Source of the DNA: Podarcis erhardii
Lineage: Eukaryota
Assembly (NCBI GenBank): GCA_964252035.1
Contig: OZ176202.1
Length of the DNA: 64,000 nucleotides
Strand: one strand, 5' to 3'
Under the pieces are notes generated by a model, which saw only the letters and a list, made by a program, of their open reading frames with translations, was not told the DNA's origin and searched no databases. Of this stretch, positions 38,150 to 50,787 are shown piece by piece. The first letter of the stretch is position 1. Every line of letters begins with the position of its first letter. Both the position numbers and the translations under genes were made by a program.

Positions 38150-38865
38150 TGTTAACTGTCATTTATTGTTACACACGAGAGTAAGGCCACTCAAAGAGAA
38201 AAAAGATATTAAACCGTGTACATGAAACCCAAAATATTTGATAGTAATGGAAGAGGAGAGGTCCACTTTGTTATTAAAGAACATAAATGTGGATTTTCTG
38301 GCAAAATAACAAGACTTCATTTGACATCACTAGGAAAGCAGAAGTCTTCACTGCTTTTTTTTTTTTTTGTTAGCTGTTACTTTTTGTACTCAGGTTGTGG
38401 TATTTACATGGATGCTCAAATGAAGATAATTACTATTTCTCTTAGTTTATGTTGACCAGGTATCTTCATTCTTTTCAGACCCAGGATCCACTTTTAATCC
38501 AGGCATGAATTTGGGGACCAATTTCTTAATCTTTTACCTTATATTGCATGGTGGTGGTGCTCCTGTTAACCCACTAGCACATCTCAGTCCACCAGTTGAA
38601 GACCAGTGATGTTGATTGACCACTGCCTCTTTTTTTCTGAGGTGTGTCTACGTTTGTCCTAGAGCTGCCTTCATTTGGTTACAGAGATAATGCAAATGAT
38701 TCCCTACCTGTTATGGCTCTGGGTCTATGAACATTGGAATGGTTATGGTAGATGAGACCAGCATCCTTCTAGTTTGTGGAATTTACAGCAATCAGGTGTG
38801 GTGGTGGCCTCTAGTTGGGAAGGCAAATTCATGGAGAGTAGTCAAGATTGCTATAGGGAACCTTT

Positions 38866-39010
38866 CGGTTGAGAGGACAGTAGGCACTGAATACCAGGTG
38901 CTGAAGCCACAACAAGGCAAGTCTTCATGCCCTGCTTCTCAGAGACTTCCAGTTGAGCACCATGAGAAACAGGATGCTGGACTAGATGGACCATTTGTAT
39001 GATCAAGGAG
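38866..39010 (+). mobile_element. Degraded CR1/L3-type 3' end
   Basis: aacaggatgctggactagatggaccatttgtatgatc. Short related remnants at about 21805-21845 and 22490-22595. Confidence 0.6.
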
Positions 39011-42000
39011 GACATGTATTGTGTTTAGATGCACATCAATACACATCACAGCACCAATACACAAACAGCCCTTTTAAAAAGCTGTAAAACCTGCTCAGTA
39101 GAAAAAGTAGATCTGCAAAAAATGAATCCAGCCCCCTTTCTCCTTTCTGATCTGTGAGATACATTTTTAAAGAATTGAACAGCATATGTACTGCTCCATC
39201 TGCTGGATTGGGTAGGAGACACTTTTTTTGCCATATTTGATTCTCTATCAGGCTAGGGATGGGGACAAGGAGGACTGCTTCTGTATACATGTACATATAT
39301 TATGGATCAGAACATAATACTTCAAAGGGGGAGAGTTAAATGAGCAACACCTTATTGCATCTCTGCTTGATAAGCATCTTCCACTATCTCTTCAAAACAC
39401 TTCTATCAACAAACTCCAAAATTTGCCAATTTTATTTTTAGTAGTCATGCCAAGATGAGACGCCACTTGATCCAGCTTTCTCCTTCTCAGTAAGTTATTG
39501 TGAGACGCAAAACAAGGCATTCAGAAATATTAAACAACTAGTATCACAATTTGCCGTCACAACTGCATTATTAAAAGTTCATCAGATTATTCATGAGTCA
39601 TTAAATGAATCTACAGTACAACAACAATGGCACAAATGTCACACATCAGCTCTGTGTCCTGTGAAGACAGACAAAGACTACCAAAAGCCTGGCCCTAAAA
39701 ACATGCGGTCTTCCCTACCTGATCCAAGTGCATGAACAAAGTCTTTTATAACAATGGTAAAATTCTGATCTTCCTCTGAAATATGTTCTCACCTCACTTT
39801 CTTCTGACCCGCCTTCACATTCCTTGAAATTTCCTGCAAAATAAATATTTGCAAGTAAGGTAATTCCCCAAGGCCCAAGCTTGCAACATTTGCAAAGCTA
39901 CTTCATGGCCTCTTGGTGCCTGGTAAGAACACATGTGCTGCTTAAGATAAGTTCGCTAGATCAAACCAAGAAGGCATCATGTGCAAGTGTCACTTGCTGA
40001 ATTACAGGCATAACATGGAAGCACAAAATCCTAGGGTCAAATGAGATGCGATGATGGAGGATTGGGCAGTGTCTTAAAAGGCTAAAGGTGGTGCCCCAAT
40101 GCTTCCTCTTTGGGAATTGGGGAATGTAACACTTTCCCCCAAGCTATTTTCTAAACACAGAAAACATCCGAAACTATTTTCCCCATGGGGCAAAATGCAG
40201 CTCCTGAGGGGTAGAGGAGGGTGGTGGAAATACCATTCATATGTCCACATCATATTCAATGTTGTAGATTAGTATGGTATTTTTTTGTTTGCTGTCCATG
40301 TCAAACAAACCCTCCCTCCAATTTTCCTTATTTGCATTCCTAAACACTGACATCAGAAAACAAGTAACAGCCATAGCACACACATCTTCTCACTTTCCTG
40401 AGTTAAAAACAATAAGGTTAAGAGGGTGCATAGATAAACCGATGGAAATCTGTGTGGTGGTACAGCTATGTTTTATGTGTTTGAGTTAGGGCAGCTACTT
40501 ACAAGCAGCAAAGCATAACCTATGACGCTCATTGCAAAACTCTGTCCATAAAACCTTTACAGCCCCCACTCACCAGCAGGCTGGCCATTTATGCCACTGT
40601 ATTTTATAGAAACTATATTTTAAAACGAGGGCTGTGTTATTATCTATGCATGTTCTCCTGCCTATAAAGCTGTGTGGCTGTATTTGCCTCGTATAAACCT
40701 TTGAAAAAAGGTTTAAACATTTATAAAAATAAATAGAAAAATGCATTTAGGTGTCAATAATTTAAGGTCAGGTGCACTCTAGACCTCTAGGATTAACTCT
40801 GCCACTATATGTATAATATAAACAGATAATGTGTGATCAAAATGGAGAGTGACTATTTGCTCCTTATAAAATGAAACAACACCCCTGTGCCTTTTGAGCC
40901 CCCATGCAGGCCTTCTCTAATTGGCAGAGGACTGAAGGAAAGCAGGTGAGCTAAATTAGCTCACAAAATATTTCCCTGATCTGTGTTGAGGGAAAGAACT
41001 GTACCACAGACATTTTGGCATCAAGGCATGGAACAGTGATGTGCCTATGGCAAATGGCATATATGATGAAAGACACATGCAAGCAACATCTAAAATGGTT
41101 ATTGTTGATCATAAGCAACATGTAAAACATTAAGCAAACTCTCATTGAATGGTAACTCGCTACCACAGATGTCAGCAGGGAAAGCAGTGGCCCATATGCT
41201 CTGGTGACTGCACTTGGCGATCATATGCTTCAGAGCCCAGAGAAGCCTTGGCTGTGATTCTTTGGCTCATTCGACAATTTCCTAACTAATTTTTAGCTAA
41301 TAACTTCCACCTTGCACGAAGGTTGCAAAATAATAGCTGAGCACCTATGATGCTTCATAGAATTTTCCCTCTGCTCTAGCTAATAGTCAAGAAATGAGAG
41401 CAACCAATTTTTTTCTAAACTATTTCCAGATGAAAGTTTTTATTTTATTTTATTGGAGCATCTGCCTCTGGCCAACTAAGCAGGATGTGGCATGTTTCTC
41501 AAACTTCTGTTGTCAGACTATCCAAACTTGGCCACAAATTTGCCAGTGGAGTTGATATGAACTTCTTTTACGTACCATCTTGAGAATACCTTTTGCTACT
41601 GAATTCCTGGTACTCAGATTCAAGCATTAACTTGCTTGATCAAGGTGGTCCAAGATGTTCCTGTTGCAGCAAAAATCCATGGTAGGTTATTTGAGCCCAA
41701 GCAACACCCATTCAAACTGACCTTTCAACATCTCCCAAGGATGGAGGAGAGGATGCATTTTGTAAAACTTTGAGTGGCCCTACTCAACTCTGGAGCATAC
41801 TTTATAATAAAATGATGGTAATAAAAGTGGTGCTTAAAGCAGTTTCAGCTATATCTATATGACATATACTCTCTATATGAATTTAGCCACCTTATATATT
41901 GTATAATATGCGTGTGAATGGGTATCTGAATAAAACACTCACTCGCCTAAAGATTTTATGTACACATAGATACTACTTTTTCTAAATTTCAGCTCCTTCC

Positions 42001-42366
42001 CCAATTTCCCTAGCTGAAACTGCTATCTGACATCCATCACCTATTTGACGTATGAAGGACATAATTTATTTGTAAACTCAGGATGTTCTTGCTTTATAGA
42101 ATTGCTTGTACTTTATAATTTATTTAACCATCATGATTGGAAATGCTTATCTAAGTGCTATGCATTGAAGTGTACATTTGCTGAATCCATTTCATTCTGT
42201 CTGTGGCTATGTCCTTTTCCATAGTAACCGTGGTATAATAAAGTCACGTAAGGTTGGAGAGAGACCCCTGCTAGGGGGAATCACTTCTACTGAGTCAGTC
42301 ACGAGAAGTTCCACAAGAAGACAGATCTACACACAAATTGTCTGCTATATCACCTAAGCTCCATTA

Positions 42367-42728
42367 CAGGGGTGGGGGACTTCTTCCAGACCCAGAGCCA
42401 CATTCCCATCTGTGCAACCTTCCAGGGGGTCAGCCACATGCCAACAATGGGTGGGGCCAGAGACAAAAGTGGCCGAAGAGACAAATGTAAATGTTACCTT
42501 TGTACATGCTAGCTTCCATGCAAACGTACCCACCTTCCTTGATCCAGGCAACCAAGAGCCATTGTCGGGGTTCAAAGACCCATTCCAGTCAAGCAAGATC
42601 ACTCAAGGAGGGCTGGCGAGGGTTGGCCTAGAGAGAGGGGATGTGGCCTGAGAAGAGTCCTGGGAGCCAGACAGAGTGGGCTGGGGGCCAGCACTTGACC
42701 CCAGAGCCTCTGAGGTTCCTCACCTCTG
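42367..42728. mobile_element. hAT (Charlie-like) non-autonomous element
   Basis: TIRs CAGGGGTGGGGGAC / GTTCCTCACCTCTG; internal gccacattccc...caaccttccagggg. TSD degenerate. Confidence 0.6.
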
Positions 42729-43918
42729 CTTTGCTGGAAAAAGAACCAACAGGGAGGGGGTGGACCCAGACAGCAGTAGGACAAGAATGGAAAAGTAACC
42801 GAGAAACACACACAAAATGGAAACTGATTGAATGAATATGTCAAGCCTTTTGCCATTAAAATGTAAAGTTCACTGTTTGCTGGTTTAAAAAAAGAATCTC
42901 TTACCTTTTGTGGTATATGAGGTGTGAAACATATTGTCAAAGATATGATGTTTAAAAGATATCAAAATATAGTGGCATTAAATGTTTACTTTTATCTTAC
43001 CAATTCTTGTGCTTCCCTGGAAGTCTTCCTTCAGTGAAAACACTTGGTTCCATCCCACAGGTTTCTGGAGCAGGTTTTTGCCGGCAAATAATGCAGTATT
43101 ACAAAGTTTAGGAAATGTGCACATGAGAGCCAGCACTGCCTTAAACAACTAATAGGAATTGGATTCTTGCTGATTCCATCACAGGCTGGCTAATTAAATG
43201 ATTCCCCAAAGAAGTAAAAGTCAAGTAACAGACATTTTAAGGGATTGAAAGATTTTACCAGTAAGGTTACTGTTTACTACAAGATCACTGGTTGATACCA
43301 CTGTGGGGATCTAAACAAAAGATTGCTGGGAAGGACTAAGATGATGACCAAATCTACATTTCCTCCCATCCTCAGCTAGGTATATTGGTAAGGCCAAAAC
43401 TCAGATTTGGCCTCATAAAAAGCAATCCAGTCACCTGGTGTTCCACAAGCAAAGCCACATCAAGAATCACTCTCTCTGCTTTAACATTGTGCTACTGGAC
43501 CACAGCTTCATACATCCACCAATCAGTCTCCTGCCAAAAAAATGAGGGAAGGAGAAAAGTGATCACATCAGTTCTGGAAAACTCAATTCCAGCAGTGCCT
43601 CAATTAGCACTTCATCTCCCAACTTTTCATTAATGAAAACAGGCACGCCCTTGAGTGTTTATAACACCCCCAGAAACACAACAAGGATCACTGCCTGCAA
43701 GCCTTGGTATGTACAGTATCAAACATTGCTGACATTATATACTCAAATACATCCAGACTTCCAGCCTGCTCAATGCACAGTAGTGATGGAGCTGAACACT
43801 TAATTTCCCTTCCACTGCAATTCCAGCTGCAGAATGGGAGACCCATGATTAAGACTGCTAACTCAACAGGCTAACCCCTGAGCAAGAAAACATTTAATCC
43901 CAAGCATACAATGTTTTA

Positions 43919-44143
43919 CAGTAGTACCTCGGGTTAAGTACTTAATTCGTTCCGGAGGTCCGTTCTTAACCTGAAGCACGACTTTAGCTAATGGGGCCTC
44001 CTGCTGCTGCCGTGCTGCTGGAGCACGATTTCTGTTCACAATCTGAAGCAAAGTTCTTAACCCGAGGTACTATTTATGGGTTAGTGGAGTCTGTAACCTG
44101 AAGCGTATGTAACCTGAAGCGTCTGTAACCTGAGGTACCACTG
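43919..44143 (+). mobile_element. MITE family A copy 3 (225 bp)
   Basis: TA|CAGTAGTACCTCGGGTTAA ... GTAACCTGAGGTACCACTG|TA. Confidence 0.9.
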
Positions 44144-44485
44144 TAATACATACGTTTAAAACTGCATGTTGACTAGCACTGATGCTTAAGTATGAAAAAT
44201 AAGGAACAATGTCATGGGTGGGAGGAGAGAGAGAAGAGACAAAAACAATTCTCAACAGCCTGGTGACAGCTGTAGTCAATCAATCAATTTCTTACAGTCA
44301 ATGACCAGTATTAACAGCCGTAGCAACTTTTCCTGTTTCATTGGCTAAGATTATATACTTTGGAAAATAGCACAACCAGGAAAATAGCAAAGCAGAATAG
44401 CAACAGTATTTCTGTACTGGCTATCCCACCACCCTGTCACCAAATGTTTTTTTTTCAAGATCAGCAGCAAACATCCCTAACAGGT

Positions 44486-44610
44486 AATTATTTATTACAT
44501 TTGTATACTGCCCTTCATTCAAAGATCACAGGGCAGTGCACAATGCAAAAATACAAAATGAGAACCAAAAACACATTAAAAAAACCCAAAAACAAACCAA
44601 TAACCCTCCG
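44486..44610 (-). mobile_element. LINE (L2-like) 3' tail
   Basis: atttgtatactgcccttcattcaaagatcacagggcagtgcacaa followed by A-rich sequence; related to the host element at 24170-24690. Confidence 0.55.
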
Positions 44611-45796
44611 CTTCTTATAAGGAAGAAGATGGAGTGTATGCCATGCCTTGTGTTGAGTGACTTTTGCTGCCCTAAGAGAGGGCAGCTTGGATTGAGGCCA
44701 AGGCTGCATCTTTGGGCCTCAGCAGCCTAAGCCGCTTGCCTTCCAAAGGTTATCTGTGAAGCCACCAGCTAAATTAAAATTAAAATTCTGGCGTTTGCAG
44801 TGAAATTTGTTGGAAGGCACCTAATCCTTGGAATTTTCAGTGCTCATTTGATCTCTGTTTAGAGCTGTAAGCAGAAACAATAACAACCCCCAAAAGGCAG
44901 TGGCTAATCCCATTCTGTTTGCAATTCAAAACACTTTCCAGTGTGATTTATTTACAATGAAATATGCACCAATGTGAGTGGGACCAATGTGATTTACAGA
45001 ACATGTTCAGTAACAAAATCTGTCAAAGATTAAATTAAAATCCCAGCCTAGCAAGCAAGTCTTTTGCCTCTAGGCCTAGAGTAATGCACATAGGCAAAAT
45101 ATTGATTTTGCATAGAGACTGAAGCTTTATTTTGACTGATGCAACTCGGAATTGTTATTGCCATATGGAAAAGAGTTGATGAGATTTTTTTCCAGCCAAG
45201 TTCAGTTGGGCCACAACAGCATTCATGCTCCTGTATCACCAGCACTTCCAGACACAGCCAACACAAGGACATTTGTCAGTGCTGGGAATGGGCTAAGTGA
45301 CACTCTGAAAAGTTGTAGATGCCTATGTTGTTAGTACGGTTTCTTTGTGTGGCAGGTAAAGAAGCAAGAATGCCTCATCTTCTTGGTGATGCCACTTACA
45401 ACTCTCATACTTCTGTGGTTAATAAAGATGATTAAAAATATGTGCTTTTAATCATCCTTATTAAGAATGCTTTTAATACTTCTCTGCCCTGTTAAAAGCA
45501 TAACACCTAATTAATACATTGATGGATTTTTATGTTCCATTTTTATAGCTGTATTTCTGACTCTCGATAATCCTATGTTCAGCTTCAGATCTCTTTCTTT
45601 CCGATTCCTCCTTCATCTGATGCTTATTATTATTCAAGTGGCAGACTTTGTACTTCATAATATTAAAATAACATTTCAGATGCCTGCACAAGCACAGCTG
45701 TCTATCCACTTCCTAATCCCAAACTCTGATAAGCAGAAAGAGTAAGGGGGAGGGGAAGAGAAGATTCACATTCCTGATCAGCCATTAAGTCTGCTG

Positions 45797-45900
45797 GGTT
45801 ACCTTTGGGCCAGTGACAATCTCTCAGCCTAACCTACTTCATAGTATTTTTGAGAGGATAATATGGGAGAAACCCCTGCACATTGTCCTAACATTTTTGG
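45797..45900 (+). mobile_element. MIR/Ther1-derived CORE-SINE fragment (Squam3-like)
   Basis: ggttacctttgggccagtgacaatctctcagcctaacctacttcatagtatttttgagaggataa. Confidence 0.6.
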
Positions 45901-46999
45901 AGGAGGTACAAAAAGGTAGTAAGCAGAACTAGCATTTGTAGCCATCATCACTTGGGAGGACCGTAAAAATATGATGAATCTCATTGTAAGTAAGTCTCTC
46001 TACTGCACAACATGGTGTTTGCTGCCACAAAAGAATCCTGTTGTTTTGGTTGGGTTTCTGTTTCGTAAATGGGGACAGAGATTTCACTCTATCTACAGCT
46101 AGTAAGAAGTTATAGGAGTTCCACCCGTCCAGATGTGAGATGTGTAGTGATTGTTGAAAAGACTAAGGCCTCAAAAATCTGGATGCTTCAAAAATTTGTG
46201 ATGCTGTTGATTTAACGAGGCTCTTTGCAGGTGTGATGAAACATGGACAATTAGTAGCTAAAATCGGGATCTTCTATGAAGCTGTCTTGGCTTACAGAGA
46301 ATCATATCATCGGGTGTTCTCGTCACTGATTGACTTGGCTTCATTTCAAGCTCAAATGTGAAATCCTGGGTGTGGTACTTTTTTATTTTTTAAACTATCT
46401 TAAAGTATTAGAATGCCTCAAAAGAGACGACGCTAAGGACCATTTCTCAATTCACTCCCCTCCATGTTCTTGAGTTGCAGACTTGCCATAAAGGGCAAAC
46501 CGAATAAATATTCATAATAAGTGCAAAATGGTATGAAAGGCAATTTCAGATTGTCTCTACATTTTGCCATAAATTCTTGACTAATTCTCACATAAAAGGC
46601 TTTAGAAAAAAGGGGGAAGGGGACAATCACATTCTATCTCTTCTTTACAATGACCTTTTAAATATTATTATTTATTGGTTCTTTTTGCCACTGATTATTC
46701 AGAAATGAATCTTCAGGCTTCCCAATGGCGAGGCATGATGAATTACTTGCTCTGGCAGTTGTTAACAGAACAGTTTTAACCCTCCAGGAATGCCAATTTT
46801 CTATCATGCTGTTCTTTCTTATAGCTATGGGAAAAACGTACAGAATAGGCTTTTGCAGTACTTTGTTTTAACATCTGTAAAAGGAGATAAAGGAGGGCAC
46901 ACAGGCATGAGGTATATCAGCAAATGTAGCTCTGTGATAATTCACTAATTTATTATTACATTTACTTTCTCTCCAAATAGCTCAAGTTGGAATGTTTTC

Positions 47000-47095
47000 C
47001 TCCTCCTCCTCCTCCTTTTATCCTCACAACAACCCTGTGAGGTAGGTGTGGCTAGGAAAATGATTGCTCCAATGATACCCAGAGAGCTTTTAAAT
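47000..47095 (-). mobile_element. MIR/Ther1-derived CORE-SINE fragment (Squam3-like)
   Basis: ttatcctcacaacaaccctgtgaggtagg is the MIR core signature; preceded by (CCT)n. Confidence 0.7.
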
Positions 47096-47670
47096 GGGGC
47101 GATCACCCTTGCCACCTCAAAACAATGGCAACAGTGAGCAGGGGGCAGCAGAGGACGCTCTAAAGGGTGCCATTGCACACACAAGAGCTACACTGGCAAC
47201 CCCAACTCTATGTATATGTACATTTAAGAAGTCTCAATCTCGTTAAGAGCTACTGGGAATTGGTTAGATGGTCTAGATACATAGAATTGTGCAGAGCCTA
47301 ATTACCAAGACTGAATTCTTCATTTTCTTTGGGGAACGAATCTCTACGGTCCCTATTTAAAACCTACAATCTCTCAAAATAATTACAGGTAAAGAATTAT
47401 AGCGTCCAGGGCCATTGCAAAAACAAAACAAATATGTTGATTTTGTTCTAAGAAGAGACACCAGTAGGCAAATATTAAGGTTGTGTGACATGATATTATA
47501 TAGGTCCCAGCTGGGCTCACTCATTCAGAGACACAATTTGTGAACCAGCATCTCCCTGTGGACAGTTCAGCAGTCATTAGCTTGGTTCCTGTGATTCTTG
47601 CAGCACTTTGCCAAGGCGATGGCACAGAAGTCATCTCATATCTGAACTTCTGATAATCAGGAAAATCAGG

Positions 47671-48068
47671 AATCATAGAATCATAGAATCATAGAGTTGG
47701 AAGAGACCACAAGGGCCATCAAGTCTAACTCCCTGCCAAGCAGGAAACACCATCAGAGCACTCCTGACATATGGTTGTCAAGCCTCTGCTTAAAGACCTC
47801 CAAAGAAGGAGACTCCACCACACTCCTTGGCAGCAAATTCCACTGTCAAACAGCTCTTACTGTCAGGAAGTTCTTCCTAATGTTTAGGTGGAATCTTCTT
47901 TCTTGTAGTTTGGAGCCATTGCTCTGTGTCCGCTTCTCTGGAGCAGCAGAAAACAACCTTTCTCCCTCCTCTATGTGACATCCTTTTATATATTTGAACA
48001 TGGCTATCATATCACCCCTTAACCTCCTCTTCTCCAGGCTAAACATGCCCAGCTCCCTTAGCCGTTCC
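47671..48068 (-). mobile_element. CR1 LINE, 5'-truncated (ORF2 C-terminus, 3' UTR and octamer tail)
   Basis: Minus ORF ERLRELGMFSLEKRRLRGDMIAMFKYIKG...RRFHLNIRKNFLTVRAV is the classic CR1 ORF2 end. Tail (ATCATAGA)3, i.e. (TTCTATGA)n on the element strand. Confidence 0.93.
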
Positions 48069-48472
48069 AATTCAATTCAGTTCACATTTAAAAGAAAACT
48101 TTTTTTCCATTTTCCAAAGGCATTTGTGAACACAGCTATCCTTTGAAATTCACTAATTCAAACTTTGCAATGCAGTTCTGCAGCCGATCACCGTGCACAA
48201 AAATGCACATACTAGTGATAAGCGTGCATATAAATGAAAATACTACTGAAAATAACATACTAAAATGCATTATATGAGGGGAGATTGTTTTGCATCAATG
48301 TGTACAATATGCAAAATTGCACACAAAAATGGGTAGTAGGAGAAATTTGCACATTTTATGAGATTTTTAAAAAAACCAAACCAGAAACTGATGTAGAAGG
48401 GTGGAAAGCTGAATGGAACATTGGAAGAATGAGACACTGCAGGAATGGAAAGTGACATATTCACCCATCCTA
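48069..48472 (+). mobile_element. Same AT-rich DNA transposon family, abutting the CR1 5' truncation point
   Basis: aattcaattcagttcacattt...tttgcaatgcagttctgc...gacatattcacccatccta. Confidence 0.7.
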
Positions 48473-49721
48473 TTGAGAATAAAACTTATTTTTCCTTTGC
48501 CACAAAGCGGGGGGGGGGGGGCGGGAGGGGGGCGGACCACTCATGTTTTGATCCTAATATACAGGGCAAAACCTGGAGACCCTTAGAAGTGTACCCAACC
48601 CCACTAAAATCGATTAGGTTTTAGTGTGTTTATTTATTTATTGCCTGACCACCTTATGGAACATAGTTGCCCCTCCCTCCGAGGCAATATGCACAATTTA
48701 ACAAAAAGACAACAAACCGCAATAACTATACAATCAAATGTACATTACAACCCCTTGAACAGTAGGAATTAACACATGAAAAAGGGAAAATGGGGGAAGG
48801 AATTTCTTTCTTTTCATTTTCCCATCTTGAAATCTTCAGAAAATTTGAAGATTATTTCATGGGGGACAGCATTCTAGAAGTGTGGACCCACTACCCAGAA
48901 GTAATGTCTTTGGTGTAGCAGTCAACATAATATCGTGCATTGATAGAGCAAAGAACAGGATCTCAGTGGCACATTCACTAAAGAGCAGGTATGTGCCAGC
49001 AGCTTCAAAAATTTACAACCCTGAATGGCTGAACTGAAGGGCATGTGAATTTCCATGGTTCTGTGGCTTTCCATGGCTTCCCCTACTTTTTGCCTTTTAA
49101 GAAGAAATAAAGATGCAGCAGTCACTGAGAGAGTGAATCTGATCTTACTTTATGAGCACTGATGACCCACCCGTGGACTCAAGGAGAAAGCGTTCTACTG
49201 TGGTAAAGGAAGCAACATAAATGATATTATACGACAAAGTCAGAAAATCTCTTGTTAGATGGTCTTACTGCTGACAAGCAACAGCAGAGCCGCGTGCCCA
49301 CAGTCTAGGCTGCCACTCTCCAATCTTCCAACAAATCAATTCTGTTGGCTTTTTTACTCCCTTGGCTGCCACTGATATCATCTGTGATGAATTTAAGGGA
49401 AGCTGTCAGATCAAATGCAACAGAAAATGTAGTTTCTGTGAAACTTCGGTGTGAGGAGCAAAAAAAGTGTTACTGTTTTAAACAGAGACGGATCCTTCAG
49501 CAAATTGTGTATCATGTGAGAAGACAGAAATTGGCCTGTAGGTAGAATTAGCATTATCATACATTGCACTGAATTTGGTTCTGTTGTAATGTAGAAATTA
49601 TACTGAACTGAAATTTCAGGTTTTATCATTTATATCTCTGGGCTGCATGTTATGAATTTTATTTATTATCCCAAGCACAATATACGTATTTTTTATTTAG
49701 TAGTATTTCTAATTCTAACTC

Positions 49722-49756
<35 letters not shown>
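49722..49756. repeat. (AAT)n microsatellite
   Basis: Direct read. Confidence 0.92.
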
Positions 49757-50627
49757 TACTAATAGAAGTTATTGAAGTGGCTTGTAACACATTTCAAATA
49801 CAGTAAAACAGATAAGAGTACAAATTGCTATTTAACTAGTCAACATAAAGTTACTATTTAAATCTCACTGAGCTTTATAACTGGCTGGTTTTGTTTTTCC
49901 AGCATCATCCACACTGTGTGTAAAGAACAGTGAGAGCAACAAGGTCTCTCTCCAACATTTACCCTGCAGAAATTAAATTGTCCAACAAACAACTCTCAAA
50001 CTAAAATAAATGTCTGTTTCATTTATTGCTCCTGCCGAGAGGAAACACAAAGAATGAAATAAACTGTAATCAATGAAAGGGAGTACTTTCCATTTCTATA
50101 CAAAAGATGTGGAACTTTGACAGCCTCCACGTCAAATGTTAAGTGTACATCCTGGGAGTACCAATGTTTGTTTAGTCTGTTTGCAAAACGGACAAATGTA
50201 TCCTTTTCCTCACCAGGTCTAGTGGTTTAGCAGTTGGCCTCCACGTAACAAATAATTGTGTCCCTCATTAAACTGAATGTCTCCAAAATGCATGGTATAT
50301 CTCAATCCAGCATCTTCCCCTTTGGATTATTTGGGAACCAGATTCAAAATTAAAATTTGTTGTGCATTCATTTAGTCACCATACTTTCTCTCTAACAATA
50401 AGAATCATTGTGACCTACTCTGGAACATTTGTATGACAACATAGAAGGTTTAATATATTTAATGTGCTACATAACTACTAAGGCAGGCATTCCAGATTTA
50501 TTCATCAAAAACTGCAATCCTTTATCTACTCAGAGGGGCTTATTTCTGAGTACACTTATTCAGGATTGCACAGTAAGAGATTTATAGCCCAAGTAAGGAA
50601 TTTTTCTAAGAAATGTAATTAGCAGTA

Positions 50628-50787
50628 CAGTCGTACCTTGGATCCCGAACACTTTACAAGTCAAGCGTTTTGGCTCCCGAAGACCGCAAGACTGCAGCCA
50701 ATCAGAAGCCGTGCTTTGGTTTCCAAACATTTTGGAAATCGAAAGGACTTCCATAACGGATTCTGTTCAACTTCCAAGGTACAACCG
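50628..50787. mobile_element. Tc1/mariner-pogo type MITE, family C (160 bp)
   Basis: TA|CAGTCGTACCTTGGA ... TCCAAGGTACAACCG|TA. Confidence 0.75.

Larger units (their letters stand above)
37521..38175 (+). other. KIF26B: KIF26B 3' UTR (proximal form; may extend further)
   Basis: Follows the stop codon. Contains AGCACTTT (37763-37770), TGTAAATA (37793-37800), AATAAA (38144-38149) and U/GU-rich sequence downstream. The 3' end is inferred. Confidence 0.6.
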
